Assembly (NCBI GenBank): GCA_963772455.1
Contig: CAVYXJ010000010.1
Location: forward strand, 64,001 to 128,000
Reading direction: 5' to 3'
DNA: 64,000 bases
Source: Candidatus Bathyarchaeota archaeon
Lineage (GTDB): Archaea > Thermoproteota > Bathyarchaeia > Bathyarchaeales > Bathycorpusculaceae
Below, piece after piece: positions 8,584 through 19,203 of the stretch. The notes beneath the pieces were generated by a model. That model was not told where the DNA came from. It saw only the letters and a list, made by a program, of their open reading frames with translations, and did not search any database. The position numbers and the translations under genes were made by a program. Each line of letters starts with the position of its first letter. The stretch's first letter is position 1.

Positions 8584-11115
8584 TTATGGGTGTTTTCTTA
8601 ACATCAATAGTGCCAGTACGATGGCTACTATGATGATTAAGACAAACAAGCCTGCGATTGCTGGTACAAAGTACATGTCAGCTGTAGATTGAGGTGGAAT
8701 TTCAGTTGGAGCTGCTGTTGGATGTGCTGGATCAACTGCAAAAGATGTTACGGCATGCGATGGATAGTATGCTGCTGAACCTCCGAAGGATGCATAAACT
8801 TGGTATTGACCGCTAATGTCTGGTTTCCAGTTGAAAGCTAAAGAATCCGTCTGCGCTGCTTGTTGTTGTGCCAATTTCGCGGTAGTTTCCGTTCGAGTCA
8901 ACAACACTTAAAGTAACTGGGACACCTGTTGCGTCAGATGGTCGAGAGAATTGTTTGTACACATATAGCATCCAAGCACTCATACTAGCATCAGAGACTG
9001 CTGGAACTACCGTTTGGAAAACGAAGGGCCAAGGATATCACTGCTTGTTCCTGGTGAAACGTCTGTAACCATGCCTTCAATCTGTACGGTGCTTCCTAAT
9101 ACTGAAACTTTCGGTGAAGCTGTTACAGTTGTTTCGCTTGGACCTTTACCTACTGCATATATTCGTTGGTCATATGTGTCCATTGTAGCTATTATGCTGT
9201 CGCCCATGATTGCATTTCCGCCCCAGCGAGTCTGACGGTACATACCGTTTACTCTCCAGATTTCATCGCCTGAGGTAGCATTGAGGCAGATGTATGGTCC
9301 ACCGCGTGGTATTGGGTTCTCGGCTGAATGTTCTAAAGTGCCCACATAGATTTTGCCGTCTGCGATCATTGTTATCCAACCCCACCAATTATTGCCAGTT
9401 ACGGGTTCGTTGTACGGGTCGGTCATGTTGTATGTCCAGTCAGTTGCTCCTGTCCCAAGGTTATAGGCATAGACTATACCGCCAACTCCAACAGAATACA
9501 GAGTGGTCATATGCAAAGTACCATGTGTGTTCTGCATTGCCCCATCCGTATGCATCTAGCCAATGTTCAGAGTCTGTTTGCCATAGATATTGTCCGGTTT
9601 CTGTGCTAAATCCGTAGTGTTTTGTAAGTTCTTTGTCCCATAAGGCAATTACGCCGCCTTGATAGTTGTCACTTGCGCCAACATAGTTTAGTGTGTTAGA
9701 GCCTTCTAGCCATTCAGCAGGGGCTTTCCAAGTGTTATCAAATAGTTTTGTTCCTCTGGTTGATAAAGCAGTGCTTAATGCCCAAACACGTACCTGTGTT
9801 TGGTTAAAAGCCATAGATTCGACTCTGTCAGGATACACTTTGAGAATTGGCACAAAGAATGAACTGCTGGCTTCCAAACCTGCGGGGATTGTTACATTCC
9901 ATGAGTAGCTTTTTGGATTCGACGCATCCCATGTTAGTCCGTGAACGTTTCTGCCCCAACTGCCGACGCTTCCTTCAGCCCATGTGCCGGAGGCTTGTTG
10001 TCCACATGCAGTTGAGTTCCAAAGTGCCATCCAACGATTGGCATAGTCAATTACGTAGATTAGGATTTCACCGCTAGGTCCATACACTCGGGTACCTGAA
10101 GGTACGTTTGTCATTGAGTATACCCACTCTGCATTGTAAGGATCATAAGCTTTCCAAGTTGTTCCGCCAGAAGTGTCCCATATGTAGTTGAAGACTCCGT
10201 CAGTGTTGAAACTATTGAAGTAGAAGGTTTGACCAAATGACACGACACTGTTGTTTCTGAACCATAGTTCTTTTCCAGTATGAAGATCTACCGCGTAAAT
10301 ACCTTGCTGAGGATATGGATTACCTGAAATGGGTGCTGGCATTCTGTTGTAATAGAGTACTCCATTCAATATCACTGAGTTCGGGAATTTGCCTTCATAC
10401 GCGTCTCCAGATTCATGTGATGCTGGGACTTGTCCATCGCCCAATAATCCGCCTGTTAAGCCTCCGAAGGTTATGTCTCTTGCCCACAAAACGTGTGCAG
10501 TTTCGGGTGCATCGTCGTTGTAGAGTGCAATTGCATTTTCTGGTCTACTTAACCAGTTACCTGAGATTGAATTCCAAGATCTAAGTTGGGCATCTGCTGG
10601 TCGTGACCAATATTCAGTGGGAAGAGGTTGATCTGGGTAGTTTTGAAGTGGTTCGGCTTGTACAACAAGGTTAACGGTTTTGCTACTAGCCTTCATTATT
10701 GTACCTGCGAAAACCATAGCACTGCTTCTACGTTGAAGAATGTTACTGGGTTGATTTGTTGCGGGAATTGTACATGTTACTTTGTATGTACCGACTGTGT
10801 TAGGTGTATAGATTGTGGCAGTTCCTCCGGTGGAGTCTGTTGTGAATGGCCCGAAGGTTTCATTTGTCCCTGATGGGCTGGTGACGATTACTTTAATCCC
10901 GGTCCAGCCATATGATGCATCTCCTGTGGCTTCGATAATGCCAAATCTTAGCAATACTTCTTGACCAACGCCTACTGGGTTGGGAACAGCATCCATTATT
11001 GGGTAAGTTTTCATTGTGGTGCTGGCTTGTGCTTGAGTGGTGGTGTTGTCATAATCATTGAGGTTGCAAAGGTCAATAGTAGAAATATTGTAATTATTGT
11101 TTTAGTTTTTTGCAT
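8584..11115 (-). pseudogene. PQQ-like beta-propeller cell-surface protein with signal peptide and C-terminal TM anchor, broken by several frameshifts
   Basis: Signal peptide MQKTKTIITIFLLLTFATSMI from ATG 11115. Fragments 9461..11014, 9007..9555 and 8584..8907 contain AVDLHTGKELW, AYNLGTGATDW, CLNATSGDEIW and AVGKGPS. Frames shift near 11040, 10770-10720, 9500, 9020 and 8850. Confidence 0.85.
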
Positions 11116-11485
11116 TTTTTTTCTTTCCTTTTAATTTTATGCAATCTCATATTCTTTATCAATTTGTTTATAAGTTTTGTCATAATCGTTGAAAAAAATA
11201 CATAAAAACTCCTATTTTTCAAATGAAAGGCAACAATAAATCATTCTTTAACTATCATATTAGAACGAAAAGCAAACAAACAAAGAAATATAATTTAAAG
11301 ACAAACAATTCAAAAAATTACTTCTCATTATGTTGATCCGGAATACACGTATTTTATCTTTAGAAAAGATTTCTTCCAAAAGTGACATACCGCCATTCTC
11401 CAAAGATCCTTACGGCTATGATGTCAATAGGTTTAAAACGTGAAGGCTCTGTCAGGTAAAGCCTCAATGTCTCATCGTAATCACG

Positions 11486-12424
11486 TCAACTCTGAGAGAT
11501 TTGTTGAAAAGAACACCAGGCATCTTCAACTGTTTGCTTAAGATTAAACAGGATAGTAGCCAACTTTCTTCCACTATCAGTTAAATCATAAGTTTTGGGT
11601 GTTCTTCTTTGGAAAATCAGTTTTTTACCTTTCATGTGTTTTATGCATCTATAAGTTACTCTTTTTGAAAGATGTGTTTGCCTAGTAAGATTTCCTATTG
11701 AAATTCCTTGATAATCAATCCTATCGTAAATTTTGCTCTCAGTAGCCGTCAAGATTTCATTTCTTGAATCTCGTTTTGTTTTAAAGAAAAAAACGTATTC
11801 GCTGCCTTTTGTTGTTTTAATAAGTCCAGTTGATCGTAAGCGTTTGATTGTTCGTGATACATTTCTCAGCAAAATTACTTCTTCTATTGATTCAAATGTT
11901 TTTGACCCTGATAATAGATGTTGAAGAACGATTTCTTCATAGCATTTTGAATTATTAGGCAGCATTGGAGAAAATTCAGCGAAACATTCTAAACTTTTGG
12001 TTAAGCAACTACCAAACAAGGTCAAGTGATATTCTCCTTCTGATTCGCATACTAAACCTAAAGATGATAGAGGCTGCAAGAATTCATGGCAAATAATGCT
12101 CCTGCTATGACAACTTCCAGCTATTCTTAATTCGAGCTGAATCTGGCTTAAAGGACACCTGCAATTAGCTAATAAATTCAGAATATGAAGACTCGTTTCG
12201 TTTTTTAATACATTGAAAAACTCTTCGAGATAGGTAGGGTTAGTCAAACTTTTTCGGAGAACTCTTAACTCATTTTTTAGTCTATACACTTTACATCTAG
12301 TTATACATTCCAAAGGAGATATTGGAGTGCAATTTCTGCATTGTAAATCAAGCAATTTCAAAATTTCAAAAAAGTAGTTTTTTTCATTTTGATATTTTTG
12401 AATTTCTGATAGTAGGGTGCTCAT
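11486..12424 (-). CDS. Uncharacterised multi-winged-helix protein with N-terminal Cys cluster
   Basis: CRNCTPISPLECITRC followed by several wHTH-like segments ending in YHLTLFG and YDLTDSG. Confidence 0.7.
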   Translation of the reverse strand: MSTLLSEIQKYQNEKNYFFEILKLLDLQCRNCTPISPLECITRCKVYRLKNELRVLRKSLTNPTYLEEFFNVLKNETSLHILNLLANCRCPLSQIQLELRIAGSCHSRSIICHEFLQPLSSLGLVCESEGEYHLTLFGSCLTKSLECFAEFSPMLPNNSKCYEEIVLQHLLSGSKTFESIEEVILLRNVSRTIKRLRSTGLIKTTKGSEYVFFFKTKRDSRNEILTATESKIYDRIDYQGISIGNLTRQTHLSKRVTYRCIKHMKGKKLIFQRRTPKTYDLTDSGRKLATILFNLKQTVEDAWCSFQQISQS

Positions 12425-13082
12425 TTGTAATTCTCCTTTGCGATTTACCTTAAGGAACGGGCGAACAAAAACCCCTCCAGTTTCTTTAAAAAACTCTTGT
12501 TTCTTTGATGTAAAAGCGTTCTCGTTAAGGATTCTTTACTAACGGTTAGTCAAATTTTCTTTACTAAAAAAATCACAGTGTAACAATAATTTTTTGTTCA
12601 ATATTGAACTTTAAGGTAAATTCATAAGTTGAAAGTTTTAATATTTTACGCCTTAAAAAAATTTTTATCTTCTTGTAGTCACAAATAGGAACGACAACGA
12701 AACAAGAATTTGAACGGGTATTCTTTAAAGGAAAATCAACGTAGAAATATTTTGCTAATTTACTCTCGGTCCCAATAAGTTTGGTCGATGAAGAATAATT
12801 AAGTAGAAACAAAAATAATTAAACGAAAATCCTTGAGGAAGACTATCAAATTCCTTGTGAATGGGGCTGCAATTTTTTTTCAACCAGACACAAATGAAAA
12901 CATTTGCATTTTGTTTGAGATATTGTACGACCAATTGAAGCATAGCTACAACCTTTTCCTTCCGATTGCCCCCGTTAAGGACTTAGAAAAACTTTAGATT
13001 GGAGTACCTTAACAGCGCTATGGACTTTTTTGATGGTTGAAGTTGATGATGCTGTAATTACGATTTTTGAAGATTAATCTGC

Positions 13083-13394
13083 TTAGCCCATAATTGTTGG
13101 GTTTACATCTTCTTCATTTATGTGATGCATAACGTGGATAGCTAATCCTGTTGCCGCTCCCGCGGAAAGTCCGACCAACAAGTATGTTAGCCATGTAAAG
13201 CCACCAAGCAAACCAACAACTGCTAGAGCGTCAAACCCTAGTGCAACGGCGAGATAACCGACGCACCACATTTTCACACTCATCCCCCGAGGTTTATTGA
13301 TACCTATGCCGCCGAGCATGCCCAACATTATAAGGAAGCCGATCAAAGCGAAAATCAAATTAATTAGGTTTAAATCGAAATCCAAACTGTCCAC
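13083..13394 (-). CDS. Small 3-TM membrane protein with His-rich C-terminus
   Basis: Three hydrophobic segments, then IHVMHHINEE. Confidence 0.65.
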   Translation of the reverse strand: MDSLDFDLNLINLIFALIGFLIMLGMLGGIGINKPRGMSVKMWCVGYLAVALGFDALAVVGLLGGFTWLTYLLVGLSAGAATGLAIHVMHHINEEDVNPTIMG

Positions 13395-13690
13395 CTGTAT
13401 ATCTGGCTATGTTCCTTTTTGGGGTTAATTAGTTTATCGAAATCGCAACATGTACAAAAATATAGGATTGCTAAAGCAGTTGAAATACCGCTAGCTTTTT
13501 TTACTATATGCAGCGAATCTTTAAGCCTTAAGGGTGTGGATACATAACAAACTTTGATATTACGCAATGCCATAAATGGGCACGCCTCTTAGTCATCCGC
13601 AAACAAAAACTTTCCGAAGCCCAAGCGGCCATTGAAAGAAAGGATTTTGATTCTGCAAAAAAATTGTTTTACGATATTGTAAATGGGTTA

Positions 13691-15613
13691 ATGGGCAAAC
13701 AAGCTGACCCGGGTATGATGGGGTCTCTTTTATACCATATGGCTATGGTTAGCAAGATGGAATCTGAAACCCAAGTGCTCCTAAAAGAGCTGGGTATAGA
13801 GTTACCTAATGTGTCGATGCAATTAAGCAAGATCTATTGTGATTTTGAGTCCGACGCAAAGGAACTACTTCAAGAAGTTGCTCTCATGCCCTTATCTTAT
13901 CAAGAAATATCGAAAAGTTCAAGTTTACGAACTGAACAAAAAATCAAGCTCTTCAATGACCTAAAACAGAAGAACAAAGAAGTTGAAGAACTGTTAACCA
14001 GTAGAAACCCCAAAGCATCAGAAGCAATGCAGAAAGTTTTTGACGATTGGACAGAACAAGTCATAAAAATGCGACTTATTCAAGAATATGAAACAATCAA
14101 AGGATTATTGGTTACAGCTGAAATAGCTAAAAACATGAGTTTGCCAAAACTTGAAAAAACTATGGCTTCAGTCAAGGAAAAATTCGGTCAAGAAACCGTC
14201 AGTATTGCACTCGACGTTACTTTGAAGGTCGGGATGCGCCGAGAAAAGTTACAGTCAGTCATGCTAAGTGACCACTTCATTAACATGACCATGAGCAACG
14301 AAACTCTCGACGGAAAAATGGAGTTTCTAAATTGCCCAATTTTTGGAAGCCACAAATACGCAGCTGAAAAATTTGGAGTAAATCCAATGGTTTCGACGTT
14401 GTTTTGTAAACATTTTTGTTTTGCACACGCCAAAGCCATGCTTGACACAGTTTTGCCTTTTCCTTTTACTCTTTGGCAACCAAAAATAATAGCCACTGAT
14501 GGTAACTGCGAGTTCTACCTCAAACTGGCCCATTCACCGGAAGCCAAAAATTCCGAAAAATTCGTTCCGCTAGTAATGTCATGGAACGTTACTCGAGAAT
14601 GCAATATGAAATGCAGCCACTGCTACATTAACGCAACTGAAAACAAACTTGCGAATGAACTATCTACTCAGGAAGGCAAGGACCTAATTGATCAAATTTG
14701 TCAAGTTAGCAAACCACTTCTCATTCTGAGCGGGGGGGAACCTCTTTTGCGTGCAGATATCTTCGAATTAATCAAGTACGGTGCTTCAAGAGGTTTGAAG
14801 ATGGGACTTGGATCCAACGGAAGCCTCATAGATGATAGTGTGGCAGTTAAACTCAAGGCAGCAGGAATTGCGACAGTTTCAATTAGTATTGATTCAAATA
14901 TTCCAGAGCAACATGACGAGTTTCGAGGTGTGGCTGGTGCTTGGGAAAAAGCAGTCAACGCCTGTAAAACATTAAGAAAAAACAACATACTTGTCCAAGT
15001 TAACACTACATTGACCCATGAGAACTACAATCAAATTGATGACATAATGTCGCTGGCTGAAGAAATAGGAGTTGAAAACTTTCATCTCTTCTTCCTCGTC
15101 CCAACAGGGCGCGGAACCAAAATCGCAGACATTTCACCCCAAAAATATGAAGACATGATATCCAACACCTTCTCAAAAGTTGCAGGACATAAGTTAAACG
15201 TAAGACCTTCATGCGCACCCCAGTTCATGCGCATTGCTAAAGGAATGGGCTTAGATATGAGACAATGGGTCCGCGGCTGCTTAGCAGGATTGTATTATTG
15301 TCGTATTTACCCCAATGGGGACATCACACCCTGTCCATATCTTCCTGTCAAGCTTGGAAACATTCGGGATAAACCCTTCAAAGAAATATGGCTTTCCTCA
15401 CCTGTTTTCAAGACTCTTCGTATGCCTAAATCTTTGAAAGGCAAATGTGGCGCTTGTGAATATGGTACAGTATGTGGCGGTTGTAGGGCACGAGCTTATG
15501 GTCTTTCAAGCGACTTCATTGATTACTGCGGTGATCTCCATGAGCCATCAGAAATAAAAAGCGATTATTTAGCAGAGGATCCTTGGTGTGTTTATCAACC
15601 AAAAAACCATTAA
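13691..15613 (+). CDS. Radical SAM/SPASM protein (AhbC/AhbD/NirJ-like) fused to a ~290-aa N-terminal domain
   Basis: CNMKCSHC, SGGEPLLR, GCLAG...PCPYL, CGACEYGTVCGGCRARAY; N-terminal part carries CPIF...CKHFC...CEF. Confidence 0.85.
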   Translation: MGKQADPGMMGSLLYHMAMVSKMESETQVLLKELGIELPNVSMQLSKIYCDFESDAKELLQEVALMPLSYQEISKSSSLRTEQKIKLFNDLKQKNKEVEELLTSRNPKASEAMQKVFDDWTEQVIKMRLIQEYETIKGLLVTAEIAKNMSLPKLEKTMASVKEKFGQETVSIALDVTLKVGMRREKLQSVMLSDHFINMTMSNETLDGKMEFLNCPIFGSHKYAAEKFGVNPMVSTLFCKHFCFAHAKAMLDTVLPFPFTLWQPKIIATDGNCEFYLKLAHSPEAKNSEKFVPLVMSWNVTRECNMKCSHCYINATENKLANELSTQEGKDLIDQICQVSKPLLILSGGEPLLRADIFELIKYGASRGLKMGLGSNGSLIDDSVAVKLKAAGIATVSISIDSNIPEQHDEFRGVAGAWEKAVNACKTLRKNNILVQVNTTLTHENYNQIDDIMSLAEEIGVENFHLFFLVPTGRGTKIADISPQKYEDMISNTFSKVAGHKLNVRPSCAPQFMRIAKGMGLDMRQWVRGCLAGLYYCRIYPNGDITPCPYLPVKLGNIRDKPFKEIWLSSPVFKTLRMPKSLKGKCGACEYGTVCGGCRARAYGLSSDFIDYCGDLHEPSEIKSDYLAEDPWCVYQPKNH

Positions 15614-15874
15614 GCGATATTTTTCATTCAAAAAATTTAACATGTAGAGGCGGCTTTGGCAGCCTGCAAATTCAACGTTTTAGTCATTTCGGACCGCCAA
15701 TTTACTATTTGCAATTAGAGGGCTAATAGTCTTCAAAAACATTATTGAATTTCATGTTAAAAAAATACTGGAATAATAATATTAGATTTTATTATATTAA
15801 CCTAATATAGGTTGATTTATAATTAAAAACAAAAAAACTGAAAAGGAAAATTGTAAGAAAAGATTGAAGTAAAT

Positions 15875-16243
15875 TTACTTCTTTTTCTTTGCTGCTGGTT
15901 TGTCTTCAGTAGATGGCGCTTCAGTTGATTTCATTGCTTCGGTTTCTTCGACTTTTGGCTCTTCTTTTTTATCTTCGATTTCAGTTGTGATTTCTTCGAT
16001 TGGTTTAGGAGGGGGTGTTGTTGCCATTGTCCAGCCAATCCATGCGCCTATGAAAAGTATAGCTACGAAGGCTACGAATACAGGTACAGCAATGAGCCAG
16101 AACCTAACGTCGACTGATGAGCCAATGTTAAGCCAAGGCTGGATAAGTTGCTGATAACCAAATAGTGCTACTAAGTAAACTACAGCGACGACTACGCAAA
16201 CGAGTAGTATTGCTCCACCTATTGCTTGATCTTTACTAACCAT
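15875..16243 (-). CDS. Conserved archaeal 2-TM membrane protein with charged tail
   Basis: MVSKDQAIG...WIGWTMATTPPPKPIEEI. Confidence 0.75.
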   Translation of the reverse strand: MVSKDQAIGGAILLVCVVVAVVYLVALFGYQQLIQPWLNIGSSVDVRFWLIAVPVFVAFVAILFIGAWIGWTMATTPPPKPIEEITTEIEDKKEEPKVEETEAMKSTEAPSTEDKPAAKKKK

Positions 16244-16320
16244 TTAGTGATTCACCACTTTATAGCCATGTATTCGCTTAATCAATTTAAAGTTTGTCAT
16301 GTTTTTAATCGCTGGATTGA

Positions 16321-17577
16321 TTATGTCGTGCCCATTTCCCAAGTTGAAAGGTATTTTTTCTGCTCAGCTGTAAGTTCATCGATTGATATTCCCATCGATT
16401 TGAGCTTTAACTCAGCAACTTTCTCATCAAGGTCTTTTGGTACAGTATAAACTTTGGTTTGCAGTTTGGCGGTTTTTGCGATGTATTCTGAGCATAATGC
16501 TTGGTTTGCAAAAGACATATCCATAACTTCGGATGGATGACCTTCTGCTGCTGCCAGGTTTACTAGTCTTCCTTCTGCAAGAAGGTAGAGTTTTCTTCCA
16601 TCTTTCAAAGCGTACTCTTCCATGTTTGGGCGCATCGTTCTTTTGGCTTTAGTTAGCGATTCTAAGTCTGGAATATTTATTTCTACGTTGAAGTGTCCGC
16701 TATTGCACATAATGGCGCCATCCTTCATTTTTTCCATGTGCTCCTTACGAATGACGCTTATATCGCCTGTAGCTGTAGCGAATATGTCACCGATGGGTGC
16801 TGCTTCAATCATAGGCATAACTCGATATCCATCCATAACTGCTTCCAATGCACGAGTTGGTTGGATTTCGGTGACAATAACATTGGCTCCCAAGCCCTTT
16901 GCACGCATAGCTATACCTCTGCTGCACCAACCATATCCTCCGACCACAAAATTTTTGCCAGCAAGCAAAACTGAAGTTGCTCTCATTATACCGTCTATAG
17001 TACTTTGTCCTGTTCCATAACGATTGTCAAAAAGATATTTTGTGTAGGCATCGTTAACTGCCACGATGGGGTATTTTAGACTCCCATCTTGCTCCATGGC
17101 TTTTAGGCGCACCACTCCGGTGGAAGTTTCTTCTGTCCCGCCTTTGATATCTTTAAGTTGGTTTGGACGTTTACTGTGAAGCATACCTACGACGTCTGCG
17201 CCGTCATCCATTGTTATCGTTGGTTTATAATCGAGAACTTTGTCTATGCATTTGTAGTAGTCCTCGGTGTTTTGTCCTCTCCAAGCAAAAACGTGTACAC
17301 CACTATCTGCTAGGGCTGCGGCTACATCATCTTGGGTAGAGAGAGGATTAGACCCGCAGAGTGCTACGTTGGCGCCTCCTGCGATAAGCACTTTGATGAG
17401 TACTGCGGTCTCTTTAGTAACATGGAGACATGCAGCTATGGTATGTCCTTTTAGCGGCTTTTCTTTTTCAAATCTATTTTTTATGATGTTTAGGACAGGC
17501 ATATGTTTTGCTGCCCATTCAATTTGTAAATGACCTTGAGGTGCTAAACTTTTATCTTTAACTTGGAACCCTTCCAT
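16321..17577 (-). CDS. ahcY: Adenosylhomocysteinase
   Basis: [41 protein letters not shown]. Confidence 0.97.
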   Translation of the reverse strand: MEGFQVKDKSLAPQGHLQIEWAAKHMPVLNIIKNRFEKEKPLKGHTIAACLHVTKETAVLIKVLIAGGANVALCGSNPLSTQDDVAAALADSGVHVFAWRGQNTEDYYKCIDKVLDYKPTITMDDGADVVGMLHSKRPNQLKDIKGGTEETSTGVVRLKAMEQDGSLKYPIVAVNDAYTKYLFDNRYGTGQSTIDGIMRATSVLLAGKNFVVGGYGWCSRGIAMRAKGLGANVIVTEIQPTRALEAVMDGYRVMPMIEAAPIGDIFATATGDISVIRKEHMEKMKDGAIMCNSGHFNVEINIPDLESLTKAKRTMRPNMEEYALKDGRKLYLLAEGRLVNLAAAEGHPSEVMDMSFANQALCSEYIAKTAKLQTKVYTVPKDLDEKVAELKLKSMGISIDELTAEQKKYLSTWEMGTT

Positions 17578-17680
17578 GAATATTCCTTCTTTTTCAAAAC
17601 ATGTGTCTTCTTCCTATTTAGAATTTGCCTAATCTATCGTTCATATAGGCGTTTTATATTCGAAAAATTTTAATTATCCA

Positions 17681-18316
17681 ATGCTCAGACCTACATTTGA
17701 GCGGATAATAGTGAAAGAGCCCTTCGCCTCATTTATAAAAAAGGAATTAGAACCAAGAATACTTCTAATAACTTGTGGATTACCTGCAAGCTATAAAACC
17801 GAAACAGCAGAGGTAGTCTCCAAAATCAAAGGATACCCAATCCTTCGCAGTGACTTGATAAGGCTAGAAGTACTCAAAAATGAGGATATTTTTGATGTAA
17901 AAGTTGCTGGAAATATGAATAAGCGTTTATCAGTCTATGATGAAGTGTTCCGACGTGCAGACCAAATTGCATCAAAAAGTAGCAATGGCTTAATCTTGGA
18001 TGCTACTTTTGTTACCCAAGAACTCCGAAGGCGCGCAGCTGAGATAGCCGCAAAAAACAACATGACTTTTGTCATATTACAAACTAGTTGCCCACAAGAA
18101 GTGTCTATAAATAGAATTATGAAGCGAACTAAAGAAAAGTATGAATCAAACGCGTTAACGGAAGAAGCTTACATTGCAAACAAGAAAAAGTTTGAACCAG
18201 TTGACATTGATGATTTAAAAAAGAAGTATCCAACTCTTAAAGTGACTCACTTAACGGTTGATACCTGCCATGATGAGACTGAATGTTGGTTCGTTGTTGG
18301 AGTAGATAAAAGGTAA
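17681..18316 (+). CDS. AAA_33-type P-loop kinase-like protein
   Basis: CGLPASYKT (variant Walker A), LRSDLIR, ILDATF. Confidence 0.8.
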   Translation: MLRPTFERIIVKEPFASFIKKELEPRILLITCGLPASYKTETAEVVSKIKGYPILRSDLIRLEVLKNEDIFDVKVAGNMNKRLSVYDEVFRRADQIASKSSNGLILDATFVTQELRRRAAEIAAKNNMTFVILQTSCPQEVSINRIMKRTKEKYESNALTEEAYIANKKKFEPVDIDDLKKKYPTLKVTHLTVDTCHDETECWFVVGVDKR

Positions 18317-18324
18317 AGTCATAA

Positions 18325-19197
18325 ATGAATATTGATTTACATATCCATTCAAGAAACTCAGACGGAATATTTTCCGTTAAAGAAATTCTTAAAGAAGCCA
18401 AAAAAAGAAACATACAATTCCTCTCAATTACAGACCATGATGGCATCGGTTGCCAAACCCACGCATCAGAATTCTCAAAAAAAGAAGCCGTCAGATACGT
18501 CACTGGAGTAGAGTTGAACGTGACTTTTTCTCACCCGAAGTATCAAGACGGAAAAGCAATTTCATTGGATTTCTTGGGTTATCAATTCGATCCCAAAGAC
18601 ATTGCTTTGGAGAGCAAACTAAATACAATAGCTAAGTACCGAGAAGAAAGAGCAATTAAAATTCTTGACAATCTCAATACTGAATTTAAAAAAGAAAACA
18701 TATCAGAGTTAACCAACGATGATCTAAAGCAGATTGAAGCATCAGTTGATGGCGTACTTGGAAGGCCTCACATAGCGGATTACTTGATTAAGAAAGGAAT
18801 CGTAAAAAATCGCCAAGAAGCCTTCGACAAGTATCTCGTTAAATGTGATGTCTCAAAATTTCCCCTATACCTGGAAGAAGCATCAAGAATCATTCGGAAC
18901 GCCGGTGGAAAACTCGTTCTAGCGCACCCCAACGATCCTCATGGAACCTCGCTGATTTCATTAACAAAAGACCTCATTGAACAAACCAATATTATTAAAG
19001 AAAAAATGTTACCCTACATTGATGGAGTTGAATGCTGGCACTCAAGAAACACCACCGAAGCAACTATGCACTACTCAAAATTTGCAATAGACCAAGGATT
19101 AATAATGACTGGAGGAAGCGATTGTCATCAAAAACCAATCGTAATGGGCACGGTCCAAATTCCTGACTTTGTTGCCAACCAGTTCGCTAAAACTTAG
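18325..19197 (+). CDS. PHP-domain phosphoesterase (TrpH/YciV-like)
   Basis: DLHIHS..SDG, ITDHD, GRPHIA, LAHP, TGGSDCH. Confidence 0.9.
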   Translation: MNIDLHIHSRNSDGIFSVKEILKEAKKRNIQFLSITDHDGIGCQTHASEFSKKEAVRYVTGVELNVTFSHPKYQDGKAISLDFLGYQFDPKDIALESKLNTIAKYREERAIKILDNLNTEFKKENISELTNDDLKQIEASVDGVLGRPHIADYLIKKGIVKNRQEAFDKYLVKCDVSKFPLYLEEASRIIRNAGGKLVLAHPNDPHGTSLISLTKDLIEQTNIIKEKMLPYIDGVECWHSRNTTEATMHYSKFAIDQGLIMTGGSDCHQKPIVMGTVQIPDFVANQFAKT

Positions 19198-19203
19198 TAT
19201 TGG

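Noticed and set aside
12466-12490. ORB-like AAAGAAACTGGAGGGGT on the minus strand
   Set aside because: Single partial match lacking the TCCA/TCGA-G core and far from cdc6.
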